A stretch of 63,197 nt of DNA, counting the filler, from Octopus bimaculoides (Eukaryota), in assembly GCF_001194135.2 (NCBI RefSeq). It is 5 parts of 5 records of this genome, joined end to end, with 100 filler letters (N's around TTAATTAATTAA, not from the genome) between each part and the next. Parts side by side here need not be neighbours in the genome. Positions count along the whole stretch, not along the records: positions 1 to 17,756 come from NC_068983.1; positions 17,857 to 47,854 come from NC_068981.1; 3 more parts are not named here. The stretch is one strand, 5' to 3'. Both the position numbers and the translations under genes were made by a program. Below, piece by piece: positions 12,055-25,986 of the stretch; positions within the stretch are counted from its first letter, which is position 1; each line of letters starts with the position of its first letter. A model generated the notes under the pieces. That model was not told where the DNA came from and searched no databases. It saw only the letters and a program-made list of their open reading frames with translations.

Positions 12055-13504
12055 ATCCCAATATTTGGGATACTTGATTGGTCTGTAGAGGAAATCACTC
12101 TGTAGTTATCAAAACATGCAAAATCCTGACCACAACTGGGAACTACCACAGAAACAGACGTTGACAGGCACTACCTAAGAACAAATAAAGGTGGTAGAGG
12201 CCTGAGATCAGTGCAGACAGCCTTCGAATGCTGTATATCACTCAGGCAGAACCTGCTAAACAACAGCAGAAAAAATAAATATATTAATGCTGTGCTGAAA
12301 AGGGAAGTGAGCAACATTGTATGGGTTGGTAGTGAACTCCTCAAAAAACACTGTCTTCCTGATGATCTCGTATACAGCCCCAAAACAGCTGGGCTCTCTT
12401 ACCTCAGAGAACACCTGGATGGAAAGCATTCAGCATAAAAAAAAAGACCATGCATTGGTATGTTGCCTGGAAGCTTAAAGGAGACAGTAGAATTGACACG
12501 AAGTGCAGCCTCTCTTGGACACAAGACCACTACATCACATCACACTTTGAAGGCTATGCATTTGCCAACCAGGAACAGAAGATTGCCACAAAGTACCTGG
12601 TGAAGAAGAGAGACAGTGATGCTCTTGTAATCCCAAGGTCCAACTGCATGTGCAGGCAATGTCATGTTTCCGTGGAAGACATCATGCATGTGATTAGTAT
12701 CTGTCTAAAATATCATCATGGTACTACCTCGCTATGTGGTATGATGTTGCTAAAACAATTTACAATGCCACCCACAAAAAGGATTGTCCTAAAATAAATT
12801 TAGAAAATCCCTCTGTTATGGAATACATTCATAAACACCAACTCAAGGAATACTAATGGAATATTCCCATAAAAAATTCTGTCAAATGTAAACATAACAG
12901 GCCGGATACTGTTCTTTGGGACAGAGGAGCAATGATATGTACCATTATAGGGTGCCCTGCAGATATAAATATCTCTTTGAAAATCAAAGAAAAAGAGGAT
13001 ATTTATGGACAACTGCTTTGAAACCTCCAGCTTCTATATTCAGACTATGAATTTATATTCATAGCAATAATAATTGGAGCACTAGGTTTTGTTAGTAAAT
13101 GCTTAAAAGAGAATCTGGATAAACTGGGATTTTCAGAAAGAAAAATCGACTAGTTGATTTGTACATTACAAGTGCAATCTCATGTTCCAAATGTTAATTT
13201 GTCTGTGTTAACTACATCCCTAAGATGGAGCCTTGTATCTTTGTTGGAAACCGGCTCCTTACTCAGTGGAAGATTTATAATAGTTAAAAATAGAAGAGAC
13301 ATACATACATATATACATACATACATACGACATGCTTCTTTCAATTTCTGTCCACCAAATACACTCACATGGCTTTGGTGAACCTGAGTCTAAAGTAAAA
13401 GACACTCGTCCCAGGAGCTGTACAGTGGTATTGTAGAACATATGTATATATGTGTGTGCGTGGGCCGTGGGCACATGTATATGTGTATGTGTGTATGTAT
13501 ATAC

Positions 13505-13540
<36 letters not shown>

Positions 13541-14473
13541 TTATATATATATTTACATGGATACACAAATATATACATACAAATACACAGATGCATACAT
13601 ACATATATAAAAAGAAAGAGGGAGAGAGAGAGAGAGGCAGAAAGAGAGAGAGTGTAAATCAGTAACAAAAAACAATGTCATTTATAAAAAAGACATTCAT
13701 AGTTAATATAGTTAGGCTGAAACTCAAAGAAAGAAAATGAGTTATAAAAGAAAAGTTATACAGTAAAAGTAGAATGTTTGGACATTCATCAAATATTTGG
13801 AGAAAAGTCCAGAGAAGAGGACAAAGATTGGAGGATAAAGATAAGGAGAGCCAGGAGCAAAAAGTGCACATGTATAACTCACATGTTCAATATATATATA
13901 CACACACATATATATTTGTATGTATGTATGTATGTATGTATGTATGTGTGTGTGTATGCATGTATGTATGTGTGTGTGTATGCATGTATGTATGCATGTA
14001 TGTATGAATGTATGTATGCATGTATGTATAAATGTATGTACATATATATACATATGTATACATACGTACATACACACACACACATATATATGCATACTCA
14101 CACACATACTCACACACATGCACATATATACCATACATGTATATATTTGTGTGTATATATATTGTCTATGTGTGTGTGCATATGTGCCTGTGTGTATGTG
14201 TATATGCATTGTGGGCACACATGCGCATACATGTGTGTGTGTGTGTGCATGCACACGTGTGTGTGTGTGTGTGCATGTGCGCATACACAACATTAATTAT
14301 TGACTGACTAGAGAACAGAAATTATGTAATTCTTTTTCCCTTGTCATTCAATAATATAATGTTGTGTACTCACCTAACACTTTATTATAAAGCATATGTA
14401 TATTGAGTTCTAACACCTGGTTATTAGTAATCATTACGCCTAAGTGAAATCATAACATATATGAATACATATA

Positions 14474-14568
<95 letters not shown>

Positions 14569-15581
14569 ATTATATATATATCCATTGTATAAATGTTTCA
14601 TATAGATAAACACCTATTACATCTGAAGTTCTCTGTCAGTCAACCTTTGTCTGTCCACTGCTTGCACTGGCTACAATATATCAAGTAGAACTTCCAATCA
14701 TTTTTAATTTTGGTGCAGTTCCACTACATTGCAGAGGAATATGATCAATTGAAGTGACCTTAATGCATGGCTGACCCTTATGGGAATGAAAGGCAGAGCC
14801 TGCCTTTGATCTTAATTCATGGAAATAAAAACAAAAATACTATAAGGCACTTAAAGTGCACTTTTACAATTGTTGCCCCTTCGCTACCCAATAAAAGTAA
14901 CAATGATTTCTAACATAATTAAATGGCTTCAAAGTCTGGATGAATGCACACTTACTTAAATCAGCTCAGAACTTGAATGTTATTTATTTTATTGACTCCG
15001 AAATGATGACAAGCAAAATTGACCTCAGTGAATTTGAACATGAAGGGATATAATTAAATACTACAAAACATTTTGTCTGCAGCTTTATCAATTGTGCTAA
15101 CCTCCACTTTCCTAATATCTTTTAGCTTTTACTCATTTAAGTCATTAGACTGTAGCCATACTGGGGCACCACTTTGAAGAGTTTTAGTTGAATGAATCTA
15201 TCCCAGGTACTTATTACTTTTTAAAGTCTGATACTTATTCTATTTAGTCTCTTTGCCAAACCACTAAGTAATAGGGATGTAATCACACCAACATCAATTG
15301 TCAAGTAGTGGTGGGGGTCAAACATGAGCTCTAAGGCACGCGTGCGCGCACACACACACACACACACAATAGACACACACACAGACAATAGAGAAAATTA
15401 AAAGGTGGGGTGGAGTAATGTTACAAGTTCAACAGCTGTTTCTTGGGGCTCAGAGATCCATCATAATGTTGGTAAATGTAGTTCACCAAAATATGCAGCC
15501 AGCAATGGCAACAAATAAGCATTGGATAAATGGAGCTTTTGTCATCAGGATAGAAAAAAATTTTAAATATACATACACATA

Positions 15582-15642
<61 letters not shown>

Positions 15643-15645
<3 letters not shown>

Positions 15646-16190
15646 GCAGTGTTGGCCATAGTTTAGTCACCCATATAGTCAATCAGGTGATGCATGAAGG
15701 AGTCATACCCAATGACTCAACTGCTACAAAGGTAAGGGTGATGCATTAGATACGAATAATTACAGAGGTATCAAGTTGTTGGATCAGGTAATGAAAGTTA
15801 CGGAGAAGGTCATAGCCCAACTAATTAGGGAGAGAGTTAGTCTCAATGAGATGCAGTTTGGGTTTGTGCCAAGGAAAAGCACCACTGATGCTATATTTCT
15901 GATAAAACAGCTGCAGGAGAAATACCTAGCCAATACCTGGCTTTTGTTGACATGGAGAAAGCATTTGACAGGGTCCCCCAATCCCTTATCTGGTGGTCAA
16001 TGAGGAAACTAGGGAAAGATGAGTGATTAGTTAGAGATTTACAAACCATGTACAGGGACGCTGTCAGTAAAGTGAGGGTTGGCAATGAATACAGTCAAGA
16101 ATTCTGGGTAGGAGTAGGGTCTACCAAGGATCAGTCCTCAGCTCCCTCTTATTTATCATAGTCCTCCAGGCAATAACAGAGGAATTCAAG
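15643..16190 (+). mobile_element. RTE-clade LINE reverse-transcriptase fragment
   Basis: NNYRGIKLLDQVMKV...QFGFVPRKSTTDAIF...DMEKAFDRV...GSVLSPLLFIIV with frameshifts. Confidence 0.85.
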
Positions 16191-16302
16191 CCTGGTGCAA
16201 CCTTCTGGCTCACCAGCCTTCAGTCAAACTGTCCAACCTATGCCAGCATGGAAAGCAGATGTTAAACGATGACAACGACGACGGTGATGATGATGATGAT
16301 GA

Positions 16303-16369
<67 letters not shown>

Positions 16370-17304
16370 CTTCTTTCAGTTTCTGTCTATCAAATTCACT
16401 TACAAGGCTTTGGTTGGCCAAGGCTATAGTAGAAGACACTTGCTCAAAGTGCCACATAGGGAGACTAAGCCCAGAACCATGCAGTTGGGTGGCAAACTTC
16501 TTATAGCACAGCCATGCCTGCACTTATAATGATAAACAAAATCATAGTAACTCTTCATGTTTCAACATGAAATTGGCATTGCTTATGTAGTTTTATTTCA
16601 GGTTTGAAATATTTCTTGTTGCCTGTCTCAACTAGAGTATAGATATGTTTATGCTTGTAGTAGACATAGCACAAAGCTGTTTTATATTTCACTTTAAAAA
16701 AACTGCTGACCTTTATCAGAAACATTTTCATATTTATCATAAATAATAGTGAAGAAAACTGTTTATACAATCATGGTACATCTTTCCAACTTGAATCAGT
16801 TGGTTGCAAATTTTGGGATAATGTTATATCATTGAAGTGGATAGAACATATGAAGAAAATAATCTACAGCCTGAAATAAAATTTGGCTTGGTGAGTTAGG
16901 AAGGTCTATCATCATTAGATTAGATCATTTGTGCATGTTGGAAGGCAGACAGCAAACCTTGATTCACTGGTTCTCTTAGCAGTTCTCAAAAATCCTATTC
17001 TAGCACAAACAAATTGTAACTAGCATACTGATGTGTGCATGTATCTATGTGTGCAAGTGTGTATGTGCATGAGTACACATGCATGTGTAATCTTGTTCAA
17101 AAATGAATCTTAGAATGATATGCTTTCAAGTTCTTATCAAAACAGGGATATACAAAGGAAATGATCAGTTATTCTTTAGCCATTATGAAGTTCTTTTTAA
17201 TGCTTCTGTTACGCCCTGATACTGCAGCTTATTGTCATGTAGTATAATATAATGTAATATAATATAATATATATTCATATTCGTATGTGTGTGCACATAT
17301 ATAC

Positions 17305-17360
<56 letters not shown>

Positions 17361-17859
17361 CATACAGTTTTAAAATACATCTCGTAGATGCTCTGAGATG
17401 CATTATGGGTGATGCTGTGAGGTCCTAGAGGGTTTTGGGTCTTTCAACTTGCCCAGTTGAACCAGCCAGGGTTGATCAAGTTCCAGCTTGCATCCCAGTA
17501 GCAGCAAACCATAATATACATTGATCATCATCATCATCATCATCGTTTAACGTCCGCTTTCCATGCTAGCATGGGTTGGACGATTTGACTGAGGACTGGT
17601 GAAACCGGATGGCAACACCAGGCTCCAATCTAATTTGGCAGAGTTTCTACAGCTGGATGCCCTTCCTAACGCCAACCACTCAGAGAGTCTAGTGGGTGCT
17701 TTTACGTGTCACCCGCACGAAAACGGCCACGCTCGAAATGGTGTCTTTTACGTGCCNNNNNNNNNNNNNNNNNNNNNNNNNNNNNNNNNNNNNNNNNNNN
17801 TTAATTAATTAANNNNNNNNNNNNNNNNNNNNNNNNNNNNNNNNNNNNNNNNNNNNCCC

Positions 17860-18113
17860 CGTATAGTTCATGAATTTAGAAGGTTTACATTTGTGATGCT
17901 ATATCTTTATTTCCTATCATAGATAGGTTGATTCCTAAAGATTCCACTCACACATTCACAGCAAACTAGGCATAGAGCCAGACTTTAATCATGTACGTGT
18001 ATTTTTACCCACTCCGATGTTTACACATGGCCAGTTATACGTCACTATGACTCCAGTAATTTGAAACTTGTGTCAATCAAACAAAAAATATTGTCTACAA
18101 GGATGTTTTCTAA
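17860..18113 (+). pseudogene. Helitron RepHel (PIF1-like helicase) C-terminal remnant
   Basis: TAN*A*SQTL (degenerate TINKAQGQTL), LPTPMFTHGQLYV (FSHGQLYVA motif) and terminal TKNIVYKDVF* ending at 18113. Confidence 0.72.
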
Positions 18114-19011
18114 TCATATTGATATTACTGAAACAAATGTGTTTCATAATTTGAATAAGGAAATTTATGAACATTGAATGTATAAGAGTATAAACAAGTG
18201 TAAAATAGTGTAAGCAACTGAAATAAAAGTATATCTAAATAACATTTTTTTCTTTTTGTGTTGGGGTTGAAGGAAGGTTTGACTTTTGTTAGGAGTGGTC
18301 CACATAACCATTCATGATACAGAGGGTGGGAGCCTATTTCAATTCGTGAGTGAATCGTCATCAAATGTCACTAAGTCGCAAACACATGTCATATTGTTAC
18401 AATAGAATGCTGTATCACCAACAATAATGTGATTTCTCTAAGACATCACCCAGTAATCTATCGAGTTCATTTGCACATTTCTCAATACATACTTTCCCTC
18501 CCTCATTTTATGCCTCCATTGTATTATTAATAATAATATTAATAATTATTAATAATAATAATATTAATAATAATAATATTAATAATAATAATACTAATAA
18601 TAATAATATTAATAATTATTAATATTAATAGTGACTGTCATATGATGAATAACATCTTAGTAAAGCAGGAAGGGGTGAACTGTAATTATTTAAGAGGGGT
18701 GGAGGTAGGTAAATTGCATTGTTAAATAATATAAGGAAAATATTAAATTTGTTCAACTCTGTGCAAGTATGGCTGTGTGATTAAGAACCTCACTTTGTAA
18801 CTCTGGGTTCAACCCCACTACACAGCAACTCGAGCAAGTGTCTTCTACTATAATCCAGATCAGCCGTTAAGTTATAGGGATGTAAGCACACCAACACCAG
18901 TTGTCAAGCATTGGGGATAAACACAAAACACACACACACACACACACACACATACATATACATAACAGGCTTCTTTCAGTTTCTGTCTACCAAATCCACT
19001 CACAAAGCTCT

Positions 19012-19408
19012 TTTTGTTTTTTTTTTGTTGACACTCCATCGCTTACGACATTGAGGGTTCCAGTTGATCCGATCAACAGAACAGCCTGCTCGTGAAATTA
19101 ACGTGCAAGTGGCTGAGCACTCCACAGACACGTGTACCCTTAACGTAGTTCTCGGGGGAGATTCAGCATGACACAGTGTGACAAGGCTGACCCTTTGAAT
19201 TACAGGCACAACAGAAACAGGAAGTAAGAATGGGAGAAAGTTGTGGTGGAAGAGTACAGCAGGGTTCGTCACCATCCCCTGCCGGAGCCTTGTGGAGCTT
19301 TAGGTGTTTTCACTCAATAAACACTCACAACGCCTGGTCTGGGAATCGAAACCGCGATCCTATGACCGCGAGTCCGCTGCCCTAACCACTGGGCCATTGT
19401 GCCTCCAC
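19012..19408 (-). mobile_element. tRNA-derived SINE (family B), full length, inserted in a family C SINE
   Basis: Reverse complement of 4196-4582; 11-bp TSD CACAAAGCTCT (19001-19011 and 19409-19419). Confidence 0.88.
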
Positions 19409-21509
19409 CACAAAGCTCTACTATAGTAGAAAACCCCAAGGTGGAACTGAACCCAGAACCATGCGGTTGGAAAGCAAACTTTTCACCACACATCTATGAC
19501 TATAGCTCTATGTATATAGTTTACTGTTCTGTTAAAATGTACTCCATCCAGTGAGAGAGATCATTTAATGTACACTGTACTAAGATAAGAGCCACTAATA
19601 GTTTTTTTTTTAACTATGACACATAGCTATGCAGGTTTTTCTTATTTTAATACAATGTACGTTTATCATGATCTTGTGTTTTAAATCCGAGTTTTGTTTC
19701 CGTTAAAGGGAGTGGCCAGATCTACTTCAATGCCATAGCAACTGAGGTAGGCAGATGTAGCCCATCCCAACCTTTGGGCTGGCTGCTGCCTATTCTCCTT
19801 TGCTATCATGAGGCTTTTTTGGAGCTGGCTTTTCTATGAGGAGCAGCATGCCCTTGCTTACCCCCAACCTCACTTTCTAGACATGAGTGGTCCTGAGATT
19901 AAGGCCTCTACCATGATTTTTAAGAAATGTGGTGGAAAACTAGCTCAGGAAGGCAAGGACACTACTCCCTGAGACCCCTTTCAGAGTCCCACCCAACATT
20001 AAATTACATCATCTGCAGGCATGTCCCTGCGTTTCATGCAATGGAAAACATTCAGATAAGTCTTTTACTTGTTTTAGTCATTTGACTGTGGCTATGCTGG
20101 AGCACCACCTTGAAGGGTTTTAGTTGAACAAATTGATCTCAAGACTTTTTTTTTTAAACCTTGCACTTATTCTATCATCGCTTTTGCTGAACCATTAATG
20201 TTACAGGGATGTAAACACACCAACACTGGTTGTCAAGTGGATGGGGATGGGGGGCAAACATAGACATACACACACATGTATATATAAGATATATATCATC
20301 ATCATCATCATCATCATCGTTTAACGTCTGCTTTCCATGCTAGCATGGGCTGGACGATTTGACTGAGGACTGGTGAACCAGATGGCTGCACCAGGCTCCA
20401 ATCTGGTCTGGCAGAGTTTCTACNNNNNNNNNNNNNNNNNNNNNNNNNNNNNNNNNNNNNNNNNNNNNNNNNNNNNNNNNNNNNNNNNNNNNNNNNNNNN
20501 NNNNNNNNNNNNNNNNNNNNNNNNNNNNNNNNNNNNNNNNNNNNNNNNNNNNNNNNNNNNNNNNNNNNNNNNNNNNNNNNNNNNNNNNNNNNNNNNNNNN
20601 NNNNNNNNNNNNNNNNNNNNNNNNNNNNNNNNNNNNNNNNNNNNNNNNNNNNNNNNNNNNNNNNNNNNNNNNNNNNNNNNNNNNNNNNNNNNNNNNNNNN
20701 NNNNNNNNNNNNNNNNNNNNNNNNNNNNNNNNNNNNNNNNNNNNNNNNNNNNNNNNNNNNNNNNNNNNNNNNNNNNNNNNNNNNNNNNNNNNNNNNNNNN
20801 NNNNNNNNNNNNNNNNNNNNNNNNNNNNNNNNNNNNNNNNNNNNNNNNNNNNNNNNNNNNNNNNNNNNNNNNNNNNNNNNNNNNNNNNNNNNNNNNNNNN
20901 NNNNNNNNNNNNNNNNNNNNNNNNNNNNNNNNNNNNNNNNNNNNNNNNNNNNNNNNNNNNNNNNNNNNNNNNNNNNNNNNNNNNNNNNNNNNNNNNNNNN
21001 NNNNNNNNNNNNNNNNNNNNNNNNNNNNNNNNNNNNNNNNNNNNNNNNNNNNNNNNNNNNNNNNNNNNNNNNNNNNNNNNNNNNNNNNNNNNNNNNNNNN
21101 NNNNNNNNNNNNNNNNNNNNNNNNNNNNNNNNNNNNNNNNNNNNNNNNNNNNNNNNNNNNNNNNNNNNNNNNNNNNNNNNNNNNNNNNNNNNNNNNNNNN
21201 NNNNNNNNNNNNNNNNNNNNNNNNNNNNNNNNNNNNNNNNNNNNNNNNNNNNNNNNNNNNNNNNNNNNNNNNNNNNNNNNNNNNNNNNNNNNNNNNNNNN
21301 NNNNNNNNNNNNNNNNNNNNNNNNNGGCTAAGGTATATTCCTCTCTTCTTCCCATCAGTCTTGTTAGCCCTGTATAAAGGGTCATGTATTGCTCTTTTCC
21401 ACTAAGTGATAATATAAAAAAATGAAAGGTATTTTAAGTTGAAGGACATTTGTAAAATTGTTTCTTTTTTAATTAAAGTTTCTCTTTCATTTTCTTTTCA
21501 GACTTCAAC

Positions 21510-21665
21510 ATGCATGACCATTCCTCTCACTCACACCATACAGCAGCCCCTCCAGCAGATTCCCAGAACATGTCAGGTGGCATGCCGGGTATGTCAGGTA
21601 TGCCTGGTATGTCAGGTATGCCTGGTATGTCAAATATGTCAGATATGTCTGATGGCATGATGAGT
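21510..21665 (+). CDS. SLC31A1: CTR1 coding exon 1: His/Met-rich extracellular N-terminus (52 codons)
   Basis: Acceptor tttcttttcag ends at 21501, ATG at 21510, donor AGT|gtatgt at 21666. Encodes His clusters, repeated MxxM and two N-M-S sequons. Confidence 0.9.
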
Positions 21666-24283
21666 GTATGTTCATTTTTTCTTCCTCATTTTTGTTTTGT
21701 CTTTTAGTGTAATAAAAGTTTTTCTTTAAGAGATAAATAAATACCATATTTTCCAGCAAACAAGTTGATGAAGTATCATAGCATAAACATTCAAACATTT
21801 TCACTGTCTTTCCAAATTCTGTTGTATTTCACATGGAATCTTTGGTTCTTCCAAAATCATCTTGGTGTATAAGTCAGCCTACCTATTTGGGCTGTAAATT
21901 TAAATCTGAAAAATTCAACTTGTATGTCAGAAAATATGGTATGTGAATTCTATGCATCTTTTTCCTTTTAATTCCAAAATCTCACATTCAAATTCCACCA
22001 GATATTACGAAGAAATGATTGCTTCTCTTAAAATAGCTGCAACCACTAGGAGAACCAATTGTGTTTAAATAATTATATTTGTTGTATTATATATCCTCAC
22101 TCAGCTCTTTCGGAGCCTGGTCTGTATCATTTTCTACTCTATAATGCCGTTATTTCATAGATCCTGAGAGCTAAAAAGACTAAGTTGACCATAGAATAAT
22201 TCACCAGAAATTACTAAATATTTAGTCTATTGAGGCAATCTGTAACCTAGATAAGATTTACTATTTAAATCTGATACATTATGCCTTGAATAAAGTTTGT
22301 CAATAAAACCCGATGCCGTTTATATATTCCCCACAACATATTCTCCTTATACCCACTCCTTCTAACTGAGCTCTCTCTCTACATTCCCCGCCATCTGCCA
22401 CTTTCCTTTTATAAACTCACAAACTTACCCACCCGTTCACCCTCTCTAGTCCCTGGTCCACTTCACTACATACACTTCTCTGTAATTTGAGTTTACGCCC
22501 TTTCCTTGCCCATCTCCTCTCTTTCCCCACTTGAGGTAGCCATGTTTTTCCTCTACTGCAAAACACCTTTTTCTGTCTCTCAGTACTACTCTTCCCCGTT
22601 CAGTTGAGGTGGGGGGGGGGGTCTTGTCTTGCAAGTTTCTTGGTGAACTCACTGCTGCTGGTGCCACATAAAAAGCACCCAGTACACCCTATAAAGTAGT
22701 TGGAATTAGGAAGGGCATCCAGCCAAAGAAACCATGTTGAAACAGATAGCAAAAGCTTTGTGGAGTCTTCTGATTTGCCAGCTCCTGTTGAATCATCCAA
22801 CCCATGCCAGCATTAAAAAACAGATGTTAAATGATAATAATGTTGTTGGTGTGTGTGTGTGTGCTTGTGTATATGAGTATCTTTGTCTTGATGCTGTGAT
22901 GATTGTAAACATGAGCATCACCATCATACAAATGGCATTGTTTGTTTCCAGTCTTCTGTGAAAAATGTGTTTGGCCATGGGGAAATACTACCTTGCTTGG
23001 AAACAGTTGAGGATTGGCAACAGGAAGAGCATCCAGTTGTAAAAGATCTGTCCCAACAGATTCTATTCAACCTGTATGAGCATGGAAAAATGGATGTTAA
23101 ATGATGATGATGATATATATATATATATATANNNNNNNNNNNNNNNNNNNNNNNNNNNNNNNNNNNNNNNNNNNNNNNNNNNNNNNNNNNNNNNNNNNNN
23201 NNNNNNNNNNNNNNNNNNNNNNNNNNNNNNNNNNNNNNNNNNNNNNNNNNNNNNNNNNNNNNNNNNNNNNNNNNNNNNNNNNNNNNNNNNNNNNNNNNNN
23301 NNNNNNNNNNNNNNNNNNNNNNNNNNNNNNNNNNNNNNNNNNNNNNNATATATATATTTATAGGTTGTTAAGTCTACATCACTGACTGATAATTTTTATT
23401 CCCCTAACAACCTCCAACACTTGCCCCCATCACTCACTTCTCTACCACAAGTCCCCTTATCACACACTCCTTTATCACTCATCTGTCTATCACCCTATGA
23501 TCGCGAGTCCGCTGCCCTAACCACTGGGCCATTGCGCCTCCACGATTTTAATGTAAACAACTCAGAACATAAATGATTGTTTTTCTCTAGAGGGCTTGCA
23601 GAATTACAGTTATTTAGTGAAAGGTGCAGTTTGTCCTCAACCTAGTTTTATATTCTAATTGTAGTTATTTTCACATAATAATATAAGTTAATGTCCTGTC
23701 ATTTTCTCCTCCCTCTGTCTTGCCACCACCACCACCACCACCACCACCAGTTGGTTGCTAGTTAAACTATGTTATGCTGTGGTTTATTTTGAGTTTTATT
23801 CTTATAGTAATAATGTCCTGATATATAATACTTTCAGAATATTGCCCCCCCCCCTACCACCTGAAAGGCTTCACTGCATATTCTTTTATTCTTTTGCTGG
23901 TTTTTATCAGTGAACTCTAGCCAGGGACACTACCTTCAATGATTTTTCAGTTGGTCATATCTATCTCTAGTATTCACTTCAATCTGCTATACTTTATTGA
24001 ACACTTTTTGTTGAACTGCTAAGTAATGTAACATAAAAAGGATAAACATGAACAACACTTTTTTTCATAGACTGCATCCAGTTTCATCCATCTCTAACCA
24101 TTTTGTTACCATATAGCATGGTCGATGCCAGTGCTGCCTGACTGGACCTGTGCTTTGGAGTAACAAGTAAACATATAGAGCTATGGGTCCACAGCTAGCT
24201 TTTTTGTTGACGTGTATGTAGTTTCGAAATGCTATCATCATCATCATCATCATTTTAAGCGGACGTTAAATGATGATCATGAT

Positions 24284-24328
<45 letters not shown>

Positions 24329-25919
24329 TTGGAGAATGGAGCAACAAATACAAGAAAAAGCATTTTCGTTGGACTAGATAGCCGTTGTTTTATTATGTGG
24401 AACTTGTGAAATGAGTCAGTGTGGAGGTTTAGGTTATGTAATGAGTCATTTTGTATATTATGTCTTAGTCACTTACGTACGTTTCGATGCGGCCAGTTGT
24501 TTGGCCGATCTCTTCAGAGTGTTGAAGGGTATATATATATATATATATATATATATAGGTATATATAAAAATATATAGGTATATGTCAGTGTTTGTCCCA
24601 TCCCCCCACCATTGCTTGACAACTGATGTTGGTGTGTTTACGTTCCTGTAACCTAGCGGTTCGGCAAAAGAGACCAATAGAATAAGTACTAGGCTTACAA
24701 AGAATAAGTTCTGAGGTCAATTTGTTCGACTAAAAGTGGTGCTCCAGTATGGCCACAGTCAAATAACAAGCAAATAAAAGAATAAAAAATGTAAAATATT
24801 TTTTGAATGGTACAACAGTAGTGCATTGTTGTACCATTCAAAACTTTTTATTCTTTACAAACAATACACAATGCTTCAAGCGAACTACAATACTCTCTTG
24901 TATAAAATATTATTTCATGTTAAAGTTGTCACATTTGGCCAATCAACAATGTGTATGCAGTTGGAGAAAGCTAATGCGTTTTGCAATAGTAATTGAAGAG
25001 GAACAACTTCTGGGTCATCTCTACTAAATGTCACCACTTTGTTCTATTTTATTTTTCTGTTTAATGCCTGTGTGGCATATTACACGCTTTTTTTCGCCCA
25101 GTTAAAAATGACTCAGTAAGCTCAACCAGATGATGATGATGAGCGAATATGTCTGGGTATTTAAGGATTTTACTTGGTCAAGTGTCTTCTACTAAAACTT
25201 TGGTTTGACCAATATGTTATCCCCCTCCATTGCTTGACAACTAATGTTGGTGTGTTTACGTCCCTATAACTTAGCCGTTTGGCAAAAGAGACCAATAGAA
25301 TAAGTACTAGGCTTACAAAGAATAAATCCTGGGGTTGATTTGTTTGACTAAAAGGTGGTGCTCCAGCCTGGCCACAGTCAAATGCCTGATACAAAGGAGT
25401 AAAAGAGTAGTATTAAATTCATCTTGTCAATACCCTGGATGAGTGATTATAGTTGTCGTTGGACAGATTATTGCAGTTGTCTGATGAGTCGCAACAGAAG
25501 TTTAGTAGGGGACAGAGGAAGAAACATGGAATTTATTGCCTTGCTTGTTTCCATGTTTTTGTATGCAAGTCAGCGGGGCTCGCTCTGAGCACTCTAATTT
25601 TTTCAGTGAACATACTGACCACCTCAGAGATGTCAGTGTTATTTTCATTTTTTGGGTAATTTAAATGGCAGCTTATTCACCACATTCTGTATGTATGTAT
25701 ATATGTATGTGTGTATGTATGTCCTCATTTACATGTATGTATGCATGTGAGGCCATAAATTTTTTTTTATTTCATCATTAATTAGATTGGAGCCTGGTGT
25801 TGCCATCCGGTTTCACCAGTCCTCAGTCAAATCGTCCAACCCATGCTAGCATGGAAGGCGGACGTTAAACGATGATGATGATGATGATTAATCTTTTCTG
25901 TCTACATTTCTATTTGCAG

Positions 25920-25986
25920 ATGTTTTTTCACACTGGATACTCTGAATACATTTTATTCAAAGATTTACATACAAATTCAGTATGGC
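25920..25986 (+). CDS. SLC31A1: CTR1 coding exon 2 (MFFHTGYSEYILFKDLHTNSVW + first base of Q)
   Basis: Acceptor tttctatttgcag, donor C|gtaagt. Matches the conserved M-x-F-x-x-G segment before TM1 in CTR proteins. Confidence 0.9.

Larger units (their letters stand above)
10209..13299 (+). mobile_element. 5'-truncated R4/Dong-like (RLE-type) LINE, interrupted by the LTR element
   Basis: PVLIP|IFGILDW reads across the LTR insertion site. Also DVDR-like..GGRGL (12190-12204), zinc finger CRQCH...HVISIC and endonuclease motif HNRPD (12893-12907). Frameshifted. Confidence 0.78.

Noticed and set aside
17801-17812. TTAATTAATTAA islands between N runs (also near 47899, 54985 and 60800)
   Set aside because: The same 12-mer sits in the middle of four ~100-nt gaps, so it is a scaffolding or gap-padding artefact rather than biology.
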